Shown here: piece by piece, positions 10,518-19,860 of the stretch
Numbering within the stretch: position 1 is the stretch's first letter
Layout: every line of letters begins with the position of its first letter
Source of the DNA: an uncultured Gemmatimonadaceae bacterium
Lineage (GTDB): Bacteria; Gemmatimonadota; Gemmatimonadetes; Gemmatimonadales; Gemmatimonadaceae
Assembly: GCA_963843845.1 (NCBI GenBank)
Contig: CAWJMB010000001.1
Coordinates: 1-64,000 of the forward strand
Reading direction: 5' to 3'
DNA length: 64,000 bases
Notes under the pieces: model-generated
Seen by the model: only the letters and a program-made list of their open reading frames with translations
What the model was told of the DNA's origin: nothing
The model's database searches: none
Program-made: the position numbers and the translations under genes

Positions 10518-11765
10518 TCACTGCCGCGCGATCGCCTCGATCGGCGAGAGGCGCGCGGCGCGCCGCGCCGGGTACGTCCCGAACGCGAGCCCCACCGCGA
10601 CCGCCGAGCCGATGGCGAGCAGCGCCGTCGTCGGCCGCACGATCGGGTGGATCTCCGAGCCGAGCCAGTGACGGAACAGCGCGGTCCCGGCGAACGCGAG
10701 CCCCAGCCCGACGACGAAGCCGAGCGCCGCGCCGACGCACGTGACCGTGACCGACTCCACGAGAAACTGCGTCTCGATGTCGCGCGCCCGTGCGCCGACC
10801 GCCTTCCGGATTCCGATCTCGTGCGTGCGCTCGGCGACCGCGGCGAGCAGCACGTTCATGATGCCGATGCCGCCGACGGTGAGGATGAGCCCGACGAGCA
10901 TGCCGACCAGCAGCTTCGTGAGCAGGATCGCCATGCGGGTGTTCTCGAGCTGCTGATTCGCGACGCTCACGCGCACCTTCGCGACGTCGCGCCCGTAGCG
11001 GTCGGCGAGCCAGTCCACGGTCGCGGCGCGGAGCGTGTCGACAGCCTCGATGCTCCGCGCCTTGAGACGCAGCGTCGGCACGCGCGGCGTGGGTGTCGGT
11101 TCGAGCAGGGCGGCGCCACCGCGCAGCGGCGCGAACGCGACGAAGTCAGACTCGGCGCCGCCGGGGGGCGGCGCCAGCACACCCACCACGGTGCGCCGCT
11201 CGTCTCCGACGCGGACCGACCGCCCGATGAGCCAGAGCGCGTCGCGCTCGCCCGCCAGCGCGTGCGCCAGCTGCCCGCCCAGCACGACGACCGGCGCGGC
11301 GTGCGCGACTTCCGCGGCGACGAAGAAGCGACCAGCCGCGAGACGCAGCCCGGAGAAGTCCGCGAGGCGCGCGGTGCTGAGCGTGAGGAGCGCGGTCGCG
11401 CGGCGGTCGAGGTGCTCCACGCGCGCCGTGCCGGAGAGTGTGAGCACTGCGTCGGTGACGCCCTCGATCTCGCGGCGTGCCGCGTCGCCGTCGTCCGGGG
11501 TGAGCACCGGGTAGCCACGCACCGGGAGCGCGCGACCGTTCACCGTCCTCGTGGTGACGGACGTGACCGAGACGTCCTGCACGCTCGACTCGCGCATGAT
11601 GAGCTGCCGGGACCAGACGGCGACCCCGTCGGTCACGGCGAGCGCGGCGACGAGCGCGGCGACGCCGATGATGACGCCCGTCGTCGCGAGGACGGTGCGG
11701 AGCGGGTTCGCGCGGAGCGCGTCGGCGCCGACGCGGGCCGATTCGAGGAGGGCTGTCGGGTGCAT
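10518..11765 (-). CDS. MacB/FtsX-type ABC transporter permease
   Basis: NPLRT...GVIIGVAA, VGGIGIMNVLL..V.ERTHEIGIRKAVGA and YPARRAARLSPIEA motifs. Confidence 0.92.
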   Translation of the reverse strand: MHPTALLESARVGADALRANPLRTVLATTGVIIGVAALVAALAVTDGVAVWSRQLIMRESSVQDVSVTSVTTRTVNGRALPVRGYPVLTPDDGDAARREIEGVTDAVLTLSGTARVEHLDRRATALLTLSTARLADFSGLRLAAGRFFVAAEVAHAAPVVVLGGQLAHALAGERDALWLIGRSVRVGDERRTVVGVLAPPPGGAESDFVAFAPLRGGAALLEPTPTPRVPTLRLKARSIEAVDTLRAATVDWLADRYGRDVAKVRVSVANQQLENTRMAILLTKLLVGMLVGLILTVGGIGIMNVLLAAVAERTHEIGIRKAVGARARDIETQFLVESVTVTCVGAALGFVVGLGLAFAGTALFRHWLGSEIHPIVRPTTALLAIGSAVAVGLAFGTYPARRAARLSPIEAIARQ

Positions 11766-11866
11766 GCTCCAGAGCGCGGAAAAACGGCGCGCGTCGACTC
11801 ACGGCGGTGCTCCACGGTCGCGTCCGACGCCGCACCGACGCAACCCTCTGGCGCGTTGCGCCGTCT

Positions 11867-11885
11867 AACCTAAGAGTCTTAGGTT
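11867..11885. promoter_or_regulatory. Perfect inverted repeat AACCTAAGA-G-TCTTAGGTT, candidate PadR operator
   Basis: AT-rich 19-bp palindrome 26 nt upstream of the padR ATG, between divergent genes. Confidence 0.7.
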
Positions 11886-11911
11886 CTGGCACCCCGCCCA
11901 CCGGCCGACGT

Positions 11912-12241
11912 ATGGATCTCATCCGTGGCACGCTCGACTTGCTGCTCCTCAAGACCCTCTCGTGGGGGCCGCGGCACGGGCTCGAAGTCGTGCGCTGGAT
12001 CGAGCAGGTCACGCGCGACGAGCTGCAAGTCGAGGAGGGCGCGCTCTACCCCGCGCTGCACCGACTCGAGCAGAAAGGCTGGCTCGCCGCCGAGTGGGGC
12101 TACACCGAGCAGGGGCGCAAGGCCAAGTACTACCGCCTCACCGCCGCCGGCCGCCGCCAGCTCGCCGCCGAGCAGACGCGCTGGTCGCAGTACACGCGCG
12201 TCGTCGACCTCGTGCTCACCGCGCGCGAGGCGGACGCGTGA
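11912..12241 (+). CDS. PadR family transcriptional regulator (ADOP-associated type)
   Basis: GTLDLLLLKTL...HG...EEGALYPALHRLE..GW...AKYYRLT. Confidence 0.95.
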   Translation: MDLIRGTLDLLLLKTLSWGPRHGLEVVRWIEQVTRDELQVEEGALYPALHRLEQKGWLAAEWGYTEQGRKAKYYRLTAAGRRQLAAEQTRWSQYTRVVDLVLTAREADA

Positions 12242-15000
12242 CGGCGCCGAACGACGGCCCGTCCGGGCGCGGCTTCCGGCGCACGTTCCGCCTTCCGGCG
12301 CGCCGCCAGCACCTCGACGCCGACGTCGACGCCGAGCTGCGCTTTCATCTCGAAGGACGCGTCGAGGAGCTGATGGTGCGCGAAGGGTTGCCGCGCGACG
12401 TGGCGGAGCGCGAGGCGCGGCGGCGGTTCGGGAACGTGGAGCGCTACCGGCGCGAGACGCGCGCGATCGACCACCACACGCACACACGGAGACTCGGCAT
12501 GGACACGTTCGGCGACGTTCGGCGCGAGACGCGCACGGCGCTCCGCACACTCGGGCGCGCGCCGACGTTCTCGCTCATCGCGCTCGTCACGCTCGCGTTA
12601 GGCATCGGCGCGGCCACGGCCATCTTCACCTTGCTCGACCGCGTCGTGCTGCGGCCGCTTCCGTACGCGAACGCCGACCGCCTCGTGCGCGTCGCGACGA
12701 GCTGGCCGGTGGGGCCGATGGCCGGGCGCACGTTCGGGATCTCGCGCTACATGTACCACCGCTTCGGCGCCGACGCGCGCACCCTGGAGAACCTGGCCGT
12801 GTACTCTGGCGACGGCTACCTGCTCCCCGCGGAGCACGGTCGCGACGCGGAGCGCGTGCTCGGCGTCGACGCGAGCGCGAGCCTGTTCGACGTGCTCGGC
12901 TTCCGCCCGGCGCTCGGACGGCTGTTCACGGCCGACGAGCAGCGGCAGCGCGAGTCGCGCGTCGTGGTGCTCACGCACGCGCTGTGGCAGCGCCGGTTCG
13001 GTGGCGACGCGGCGATCGTCGGGCGGTCGATCGAGGTCGGCGGCGGCGCGCGACGCGAGGTGATCGGCGTGCTCTCGCCCGGCGCCGAGCTCCCCGATCG
13101 GAAGGCCGAGTTCTACGAGCCGCTCTACCTCGACCCCGCCGCGGCGCCGCAGAACCACCACGTCTTCACTGCGATCGGCCTCGTGCGGCCGGGCGTGACG
13201 ACCCAGGGCGCGTACGCGGAGCTCGACGCCCTGACGCGGCGCATCACCGACGAGTACCCGAACGTGTACGGTACCAAGTTCCTCGAGCGCACCGGGTTCG
13301 CGCTCACCCTGCGCACGCTGCGCGACGACGTCGTCGGCCCGAAAGCCGTGCGCGTGCTGTGGACGCTGTTCGCGTCGGTCGGACTCGTGCTGCTCATCGC
13401 CGCGGCGAACGTCGCGAATCTGTTCCTCGTCCGGACCGAGGCGCGGCGGCGCGACGTCGCGGTCCGCACGGCGTTAGGCGCCGGCCGCGCGCAGCTCGCG
13501 ACGCACTTTCTGAGCGAGAGTCTGCTGCTCGCCGCGGGCGCCGCGCTCGGCGCGGCGGCGCTCGGGTGGACGCTGCTGCGCGTCGTGCTGCACTACGCAC
13601 CGGCGACGCTGCCGCGACTCGACGAGGTCGCGTTCGACCTGCGGAGCGCGCTGTTCTGCGCGGCGGTATCGCTCGCGGCCGGGCTCACGTTCGGCCTCAT
13701 GCCGCTGCCGTACGCACGGCTCGACGTCCCGACGCTGCGCGACGGCGGGCGCGGTCTCACCGCGTCGCGCGGGCGCCGGGCGGCGCGCCGCACGCTCGTC
13801 GTCGCGCAGGTCGCGCTCGCCGTCGTGCTGCTCGCGGCGGCGGGGCTCATGCTCAAGAGCTTCGGCCGGCTGCGCGCCGTGCGACCCGGTTTCGACGCGA
13901 GCGACGTGACGACGATGCGCCTGCTGCTCCTCGGCGATCGGTATCGCACGGACGCGCAGCTCGTCGCGTTCTGGCACGACGTCACGCGACGCGTCGAGTC
14001 GCTCCCGGGCGTCACGAGCGTCGGCGCGACCGCGATGATTCCGCTGAGCGGCGACGGCGGCTGCACGGGCGTCCACACCGACCGGCCGGGACCGGACGGC
14101 TCGCCGCGCGCCGCGTGCGTCCCCACGCTGTCGGTGACGCCCGGCTACTTCCGCACGTTAGGCATCCCCGTGCGCGGCCGCGCGACGACGTGGGCGGACG
14201 ACGAAGCCGGAAGCGGCGCGATGGTCGTGAGCCGGTCGCTCGCCGAGCGGCTGTGGCCGGGAGAGAACGCCGTCGGCAAGACGCTCGTGTACTCGATGCG
14301 GCGGCCGCTGCGTTTCACCGTCGTCGGCATCGCGGCCGACGTGCGGGCGAACGGATTGCAGCAGCCGCCGATCGACGCAGCGTACCTGCCGCTCGCCCCG
14401 CCGGCCGCCGCTGGCCCGCCGAAGGGCGGTGGCGCCGACATGGGCGCGGCGTCGCTCAGCCTCGTCGTGCGGTCGAGCGCGGCGAGCGCCCGGACGGACG
14501 GCCAGCTCGTCGCGGCGATCCGCCGCACGCTGCGGGAGATCGACCCGCAGGTGCCGCTCATGGACGTCGAGCCGCTCGAGGCGATCGCCGCTCGCTCCAT
14601 CGCGCAGACCTCGTTCACGATGCTGCTCCTCGCGCTCTCGGCGGCCATCGCCCTCGTGCTGAGCGCGGTCGGGATCTACGGCGTGATCTCGTACCTCGTC
14701 GCGCAGCGCCGCAACGAGATCGGCGTCCGCGTCGCACTCGGCGCGCCGTCAGGCAGGGTCGGGCGGATGGTCGTCATGCAGTCGATGGGGATGGCGGTCG
14801 CCGGCGCGCTGATCGGGGTCGTGGTCGCGGCGGCAGGCGGGCGGCTGTTAGGCGCGCTGCTGTTCGAGGTCAGCCCGACCGACCCTGTCGTGCTCACCGT
14901 CGTGCCGATCGTGCTCGTCGCGATCGCGGCCGTGGCGAGTCTCGCGCCGGCGTGGCGAGCGACGCACGTGGATCCGGTCGCGGCGCTCCGGATGGACTGA
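12238..15000 (+). CDS. ADOP-type duplicated MacB/FtsX orphan permease
   Basis: N-terminal DAELRFHLE...EARRRFG prefix domain; two MacB-PCD/FtsX units; translationally coupled to padR. Confidence 0.92.
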   Translation: MTAPNDGPSGRGFRRTFRLPARRQHLDADVDAELRFHLEGRVEELMVREGLPRDVAEREARRRFGNVERYRRETRAIDHHTHTRRLGMDTFGDVRRETRTALRTLGRAPTFSLIALVTLALGIGAATAIFTLLDRVVLRPLPYANADRLVRVATSWPVGPMAGRTFGISRYMYHRFGADARTLENLAVYSGDGYLLPAEHGRDAERVLGVDASASLFDVLGFRPALGRLFTADEQRQRESRVVVLTHALWQRRFGGDAAIVGRSIEVGGGARREVIGVLSPGAELPDRKAEFYEPLYLDPAAAPQNHHVFTAIGLVRPGVTTQGAYAELDALTRRITDEYPNVYGTKFLERTGFALTLRTLRDDVVGPKAVRVLWTLFASVGLVLLIAAANVANLFLVRTEARRRDVAVRTALGAGRAQLATHFLSESLLLAAGAALGAAALGWTLLRVVLHYAPATLPRLDEVAFDLRSALFCAAVSLAAGLTFGLMPLPYARLDVPTLRDGGRGLTASRGRRAARRTLVVAQVALAVVLLAAAGLMLKSFGRLRAVRPGFDASDVTTMRLLLLGDRYRTDAQLVAFWHDVTRRVESLPGVTSVGATAMIPLSGDGGCTGVHTDRPGPDGSPRAACVPTLSVTPGYFRTLGIPVRGRATTWADDEAGSGAMVVSRSLAERLWPGENAVGKTLVYSMRRPLRFTVVGIAADVRANGLQQPPIDAAYLPLAPPAAAGPPKGGGADMGAASLSLVVRSSAASARTDGQLVAAIRRTLREIDPQVPLMDVEPLEAIAARSIAQTSFTMLLLALSAAIALVLSAVGIYGVISYLVAQRRNEIGVRVALGAPSGRVGRMVVMQSMGMAVAGALIGVVVAAAGGRLLGALLFEVSPTDPVVLTVVPIVLVAIAAVASLAPAWRATHVDPVAALRMD

Positions 15001-15030
15001 CGAGCGAGCCGGACCGGCCGGCGCGTCGCG

Positions 15031-16296
15031 TTACGGGCGCACCGGCTGCACCCACGCGGAGGCGACGGCGCGCGGCTCGCCGGGTGCAGGCTGCGAGGTC
15101 GACGAGCGCACCACGGCGCGGACGTACAGCTCGTCGCCGCGGAACGTGTAGCTCGGCGCCGCGCCACGCACGTCGGCGAGCACGGCGCCGACGTCGCGGC
15201 TGTAGCGGCGGGTGAGCGGCGTGCCCGCGCTGTCGCGCACCGGCGTGCTCGTCGTGTCGTATCCGCGCCGCGTGCCGATGAACTGCGTCGCGTACGTCAT
15301 GCCCGGCTCGGCGCGAATCGAAATCGTGAGGCGCTGCCGCTCGCGGCGGACGTCGGTCAGCGTCACGCCGGTGCTTCCGTAGAAGTCGCCGCGCTGCATC
15401 GCGCGGACGAGCGCGTCGGCGCTCAGCGACTCGGCGCGCACGACGATCCAGCCGCGGCCGGCGTTGCGCTCGGTCGGGCCGACCGTGAAGTAGTCGTGCG
15501 CGTCGTCGGTCGCGAGCCCGTAGAGCAGTGGTTCGTTCCGCGCCGCGCGGTGCGTGAGCACGATGTCCCAGAGGCGCTCGGCGCTCGCGTGCAGCGAGTC
15601 GCCGGCGACGTGCACGAGCGGGTGGCCGTTGTAGACCTCGAGAAAGCGCAGCGACGGCAGCTCGGCGATGTCCTCGGCCGTCTGGCTCCAGAGGAAGTTC
15701 GGGTGATTCAGCACGACCGCGACCGGGCGGCCACTCCGCGCCGCCGCGCTGTCGGCGACCGCGAGATCGCGCCGGAACATCTCGACGAGCGTCGAGCCGC
15801 GCTGCGCAGGAATCAGCGCCGACGGATTCAGCGCCGTCATGTGCGCGCCACGCCCCCCGAGATACTGCGTGATCTCCTCGGCGGGCACGAGGAGGAAGCC
15901 ACGCCGCCCGCCGAGCGCGGCGCGGTACTCGGCGGCGCGGCGCAGGCGAACGAACGTCGTGTCGCCGGCGCGTCGCGTGTCGACGGCGGCGCCGAAGCGC
16001 GCGCGATAGCGCGCCAGCGCCTCGCGTCCGACGTCGGTCGGCGGCACGGGCCACCACCGCTCGTCGTCGGCGAGCGTGTTGTGCTCGCTCAGCGCCACGA
16101 AGTCGTAGCCGTGGCGCGCGTACCAGTCGGCGACCATCTCGGGAAAGTCGTCGCCGTCGGACCAGAGCGAGTGCGTGTGCGTATTCCCCTTCCACCACCG
16201 CGCGGCGTGCGGCTGCGGCACCGCTCGAACGCTCGTGCCTAACGTGACGACGACGAGCGCCGTCGCGACGACCGCGGCGCGACGCGCACGCGTCAC
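15031..16296 (-). CDS. Secreted PHP-domain metallohydrolase (CehA/McbA or histidinol-phosphatase-like)
   Basis: KGNTHTHSLWSDG, SEHN, NHPN, EVYNGH and TDDAH motifs. Confidence 0.85.
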   Translation of the reverse strand: MTRARRAAVVATALVVVTLGTSVRAVPQPHAARWWKGNTHTHSLWSDGDDFPEMVADWYARHGYDFVALSEHNTLADDERWWPVPPTDVGREALARYRARFGAAVDTRRAGDTTFVRLRRAAEYRAALGGRRGFLLVPAEEITQYLGGRGAHMTALNPSALIPAQRGSTLVEMFRRDLAVADSAAARSGRPVAVVLNHPNFLWSQTAEDIAELPSLRFLEVYNGHPLVHVAGDSLHASAERLWDIVLTHRAARNEPLLYGLATDDAHDYFTVGPTERNAGRGWIVVRAESLSADALVRAMQRGDFYGSTGVTLTDVRRERQRLTISIRAEPGMTYATQFIGTRRGYDTTSTPVRDSAGTPLTRRYSRDVGAVLADVRGAAPSYTFRGDELYVRAVVRSSTSQPAPGEPRAVASAWVQPVRP

Positions 16297-17891
16297 GGGC
16301 GACGGGCCGGCGCGGTGCGAGCCGCCGCCGCCGCGCGGGCACGCCACCGTTCCGACGTGTCCTCGCGCCCGACCGCCGCGTTCGCGGCGCTGAGCTCGGA
16401 GATGACGGGTGGCGCGGCGGCGGCGCGTCCGGTCGCGATGTAGCCCAGGATGAGCTGTTCGAGCAGCTCGGGCGGGTCGACGAGCGCGCCGCGGCGCGAC
16501 CCGGTGCGGCCGTTCAACTGCGCCGTCGTCGCGCGCATCCGGTCGAGCTGGAAGACTGCACCGCGCGGCGTCCCGGCCCACTGTTCCTTCGACGCGTAGT
16601 AGGCACCCAGCGTCATGTGGAACTGGCGGATGCGCGACAGATCGGCGGCTGCGTAGGCGCTCCCCTTCCCGCCGAACGTGAAGTTGATGAGGCGGTCGAG
16701 CTCACGCGCCGCATCGGGCGACGTCGCGGCGCGCCGATCGTGGAGCAGCACGAGGGGCAGGAGCGCGTCGAGATCGGCCCACGGGTCCATCATGTCGTAC
16801 GGATAGCCGATCGCGCCGGCATAGTAGCGCATCGCGAGACTGTCGCGCCCCCCGCGCTCGTGCCATCCGCCGATCGTGCGGAGCATCGCGTTCCAGGCAC
16901 GCGTGCGCGTGTCGCGCTCCTCCTCCCACCAGCCGGCGCGGCGGAACGGCGAGCGGGCGTTCGCATTCACGTCGCGTCCGCCGTACGCCTCGCGCATCGC
17001 CACGATCGCATCGCGCAGCGCCGGGTGGCGCTCGGCCGCCGAGTCGACGCGCGCGCGTTGCGCGGTCGCGAAGTACGACGCCGAGACGTTCGCGGCGTTG
17101 TTCGCGCGTACGAGGGTGAGCAGCAGCCGCCCCGCGGTGACCGGATCGACGGCGGGCTCCGCGGTCAGCGCGGCGAGCGCGGCGTCGGCGACGTCGGGCG
17201 CGCGCGACGAGTCGCGGAGCAGCGCCTCGAGCGACGAGGCGACGGCCGACGCGGTCGCCGCGCTCGCCGGTCGCCGGGCGAGCGCGAGGCGCGCATCGAC
17301 GAGCGAGCTGTCGGCCGCCGCGGCCGCGGTGTAGAGCGCGAACGCGCTGTCCGCGGCGCCCGCGCCGCCCGCGGCTTCCAGCTCCTGCGCGGCGTGCAGC
17401 AGGGCGCGTCCCCTCGTCGCCGGCGTCCCCGCGGCCGCGGCGGCGCGGAACGATCGCGCGGCCTCGTCGTGCCGACCGAGCGCGCGCTGGATCAGCGCCT
17501 CGTTGTAGGTCGCGGTCGCGGCGTAGCGGCCCGGGTCCGCGCCGCGAGCCCACGCGTAGTCGGCGAGCACGGCCTCGTACGCCGCGTCGGCCGAGTCGCC
17601 GGCGGCGCGGCGCAGCAGCTCCTGCGCGGCGACCCCGCGGCCGAAGTAGGCGGCGGCGCGCTCGCTGGTGCCTAACGCACTGCCCGTCGCGATCGCGGCG
17701 TCGAACTGCGCCCGGGCGGTCGCGAACTGGCCGGCGTCGAGCGAGGCGCGTCCGGCGGTGAGCCGCGTGCGCGCCGCCGTGGCCGCGGTCGACACCGACC
17801 CCGGTGCCTGGGCGGCGAGCGCCGTCGCGAACGCGAGGCCGGCGAGAAGGAGGGAGAGGTGCCTGACGGATGCCGGAAGCGAGGGACGCAT
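16293..17891 (-). CDS. Secreted TPR-like helical repeat protein, function unknown
   Basis: Signal peptide; Ala-rich helical repeats (AYFGRG, ATYNEAL..LGRHDEAARSF). Confidence 0.7.
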   Translation of the reverse strand: MRPSLPASVRHLSLLLAGLAFATALAAQAPGSVSTAATAARTRLTAGRASLDAGQFATARAQFDAAIATGSALGTSERAAAYFGRGVAAQELLRRAAGDSADAAYEAVLADYAWARGADPGRYAATATYNEALIQRALGRHDEAARSFRAAAAAGTPATRGRALLHAAQELEAAGGAGAADSAFALYTAAAAADSSLVDARLALARRPASAATASAVASSLEALLRDSSRAPDVADAALAALTAEPAVDPVTAGRLLLTLVRANNAANVSASYFATAQRARVDSAAERHPALRDAIVAMREAYGGRDVNANARSPFRRAGWWEEERDTRTRAWNAMLRTIGGWHERGGRDSLAMRYYAGAIGYPYDMMDPWADLDALLPLVLLHDRRAATSPDAARELDRLINFTFGGKGSAYAAADLSRIRQFHMTLGAYYASKEQWAGTPRGAVFQLDRMRATTAQLNGRTGSRRGALVDPPELLEQLILGYIATGRAAAAPPVISELSAANAAVGREDTSERWRARAAAAARTAPARRP

Positions 17892-17894
17892 CGC

Positions 17895-18860
17895 TCACTC
17901 CTCCGGCACGCGCAGCGGCGCGTCGTCCGCCACCACGATCGGGAAGAACGTCAGCAGGTGCAACGTCACCGGCTGGCGCTTCGCGCGCCGCGCGAGCTCG
18001 GCGAGTCCGTTCACGGTGCGGATCGTGTCCGGCGGCGTGCGCTCGGGATACGCGACGTAGTCGACGGCGCACCGGTATGCGTCGGTGCCGGCGCGGCTGC
18101 AGCGAGCGAGCGTCATCTCGGTCGTGTCGCGCCGCGCGATGTCCGGCTGGTTCGCCGGGTCGGTGACGTGCATGCGCACGAGGAAGATCGGGCTCTGCGT
18201 CGGGCTCGCGCGGATCGCGCGCGGTCCGAGCCCGACGAGCACGTCGGCCGAGGCGTCGGCCTGTCGGTCGAACGTCACGGCGGGGCTCAGCGGAAACCGC
18301 GACAGCACATTGCGCACGACCGCCTGCGACTCGGCCGGGCGCGCGAGCACCTCGTCGAGCCGCGCGAGCCAGCTCGCGCGCATGACGTCGGTGCGCTGCC
18401 AGTCCGCGCGCGGGCGCTCGGCGATGACGTTGAACGGCTCGAACGGGAGGCGCGCGGCCGCCGGCCGGCCGCGCACGCTGTGACCCGCGGGCGTCAGCTC
18501 GATCTGCCCCGCCTGCGATCCCGGCGCGTTCGACCACGCGAGGCGCAGCGTGTCGGGCGACGCCCCGGTCCGCCAGTCGAGGAACCCGAAGCGTCGGTCG
18601 AGCCGTGCGCGCACCGAGTCGACGAGCGCGCGCTGCAACGCGGCGCACGACGCGGTGCAGCCCGGGTCGCCCATGCGGCTGCGGTAGAGCGCCCCGTCGA
18701 TGCGCACGTCGACCGTGACGGGAGGACGCGCTCGCTGTGCCTGCGACTCGCGCGCCGTGACGAACGCGCCGCAGAGCAGCGCGCCGCACAGCGTGCCCAA
18801 CGGCGCGCGCGTCGCGGCGCCGCTACGGTCGAACGTCGATGTAGATCGTGTTGACCACAT
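17895..18860 (-). CDS. Hypothetical exported protein (start uncertain)
   Basis: Coding-like ORF tightly packed between neighbours; hydrophobic N-terminal segment ending AQ; Cys pairs. Confidence 0.65.
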   Translation of the reverse strand: MWSTRSTSTFDRSGAATRAPLGTLCGALLCGAFVTARESQAQRARPPVTVDVRIDGALYRSRMGDPGCTASCAALQRALVDSVRARLDRRFGFLDWRTGASPDTLRLAWSNAPGSQAGQIELTPAGHSVRGRPAAARLPFEPFNVIAERPRADWQRTDVMRASWLARLDEVLARPAESQAVVRNVLSRFPLSPAVTFDRQADASADVLVGLGPRAIRASPTQSPIFLVRMHVTDPANQPDIARRDTTEMTLARCSRAGTDAYRCAVDYVAYPERTPPDTIRTVNGLAELARRAKRQPVTLHLLTFFPIVVADDAPLRVPEE

Positions 18861-19860
18861 GTCCGAGCCTCATCGCGCCTGCCACGAGCACGCTGTCGCG
18901 CAGACGCACGTCCCAGCGGATGGAATCCCCGACGACCAACGCTCTGACACTGCGCGCCGAAGTCGCCGCGCGCCAGCCGGCCACCGTTCGCTCGATGCTG
19001 CGGTCGCGCTCGGCGGCCCCAGCCGTGTCGAGCGGGATGTCGGGCGCCGGGTCGAGTCGTTGCAGCGTCGCGCGCCAGGCGCCCACCGTCGCCGAGTCCG
19101 GCGCGCTCGTCGCGGGAAAGCCGATCATGACGCCCGACATCCCCGGCGGGCGCGACTCGCTGAACGTGACGCGCGCGAGCGTGATCGTCGAGTCGAGTCC
19201 GTCGCGGACGGTGAGCGTCGGCAGGTGCAACGAGTCGCCCATGTAGGTCAGCAGCGACGGCGCCGGCAGCACGGCGATCGTCGCGAGCGTGTCGAAGTCG
19301 TCGGGATACGCGAATCGCAGCGGGATCCAGGGAAGCACCACGCGCGTCGCCGTCGCGCGTCCGGGCGCCGACACCCAGACGCGACGCCCGATCGGCGAGA
19401 GCCACAGGCGGAACGCGGCCTGCGGCTGCACGCGGCTGAGCGTGCGCGACGACGCGTCGGCGAGACGCAGCGTGTCGGCGATCGTTCGCTCGCCGGCGAT
19501 CAGTCGCAGCTCCGTGCGCGCCCCGGCGTCGGCCGCCTCCACGTGCACGCTGGAGCAGGTGAGGCTCGCCGCGAGGAGCGCGATCGCGCCGGCGGTGAGT
19601 CCGCCGAGCACGCGACGCGCGCCGAGCGCGAGACGAAGCCGGTCGCGCAGCCACGTCTTCGAGGCGTCGGGCATGATCCCCCACGCGACGCCCGCGACGC
19701 CGAGCACGGGCAGGTGGGTGAGGAAGAAGGTGAGCCACCGCTCGGCGTGCAGCCGCATCCAGATGCCGAGCGCGAAGTCGACGGCGAGCAGCACGACGAC
19801 GACGCGCAGCTCGATCGGGATCGGCTGCGGGGCCGGCGCAGTCGGCGGGGCGTTCGTCAC
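18823..19860 (-). CDS. Hypothetical membrane protein (about 3 N-terminal TM helices plus a soluble domain)
   Basis: Three hydrophobic segments in the first 105 aa; abuts the upstream stop codon. Confidence 0.7.
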   Translation of the reverse strand: MTNAPPTAPAPQPIPIELRVVVVLLAVDFALGIWMRLHAERWLTFFLTHLPVLGVAGVAWGIMPDASKTWLRDRLRLALGARRVLGGLTAGAIALLAASLTCSSVHVEAADAGARTELRLIAGERTIADTLRLADASSRTLSRVQPQAAFRLWLSPIGRRVWVSAPGRATATRVVLPWIPLRFAYPDDFDTLATIAVLPAPSLLTYMGDSLHLPTLTVRDGLDSTITLARVTFSESRPPGMSGVMIGFPATSAPDSATVGAWRATLQRLDPAPDIPLDTAGAAERDRSIERTVAGWRAATSARSVRALVVGDSIRWDVRLRDSVLVAGAMRLGHVVNTIYIDVRP

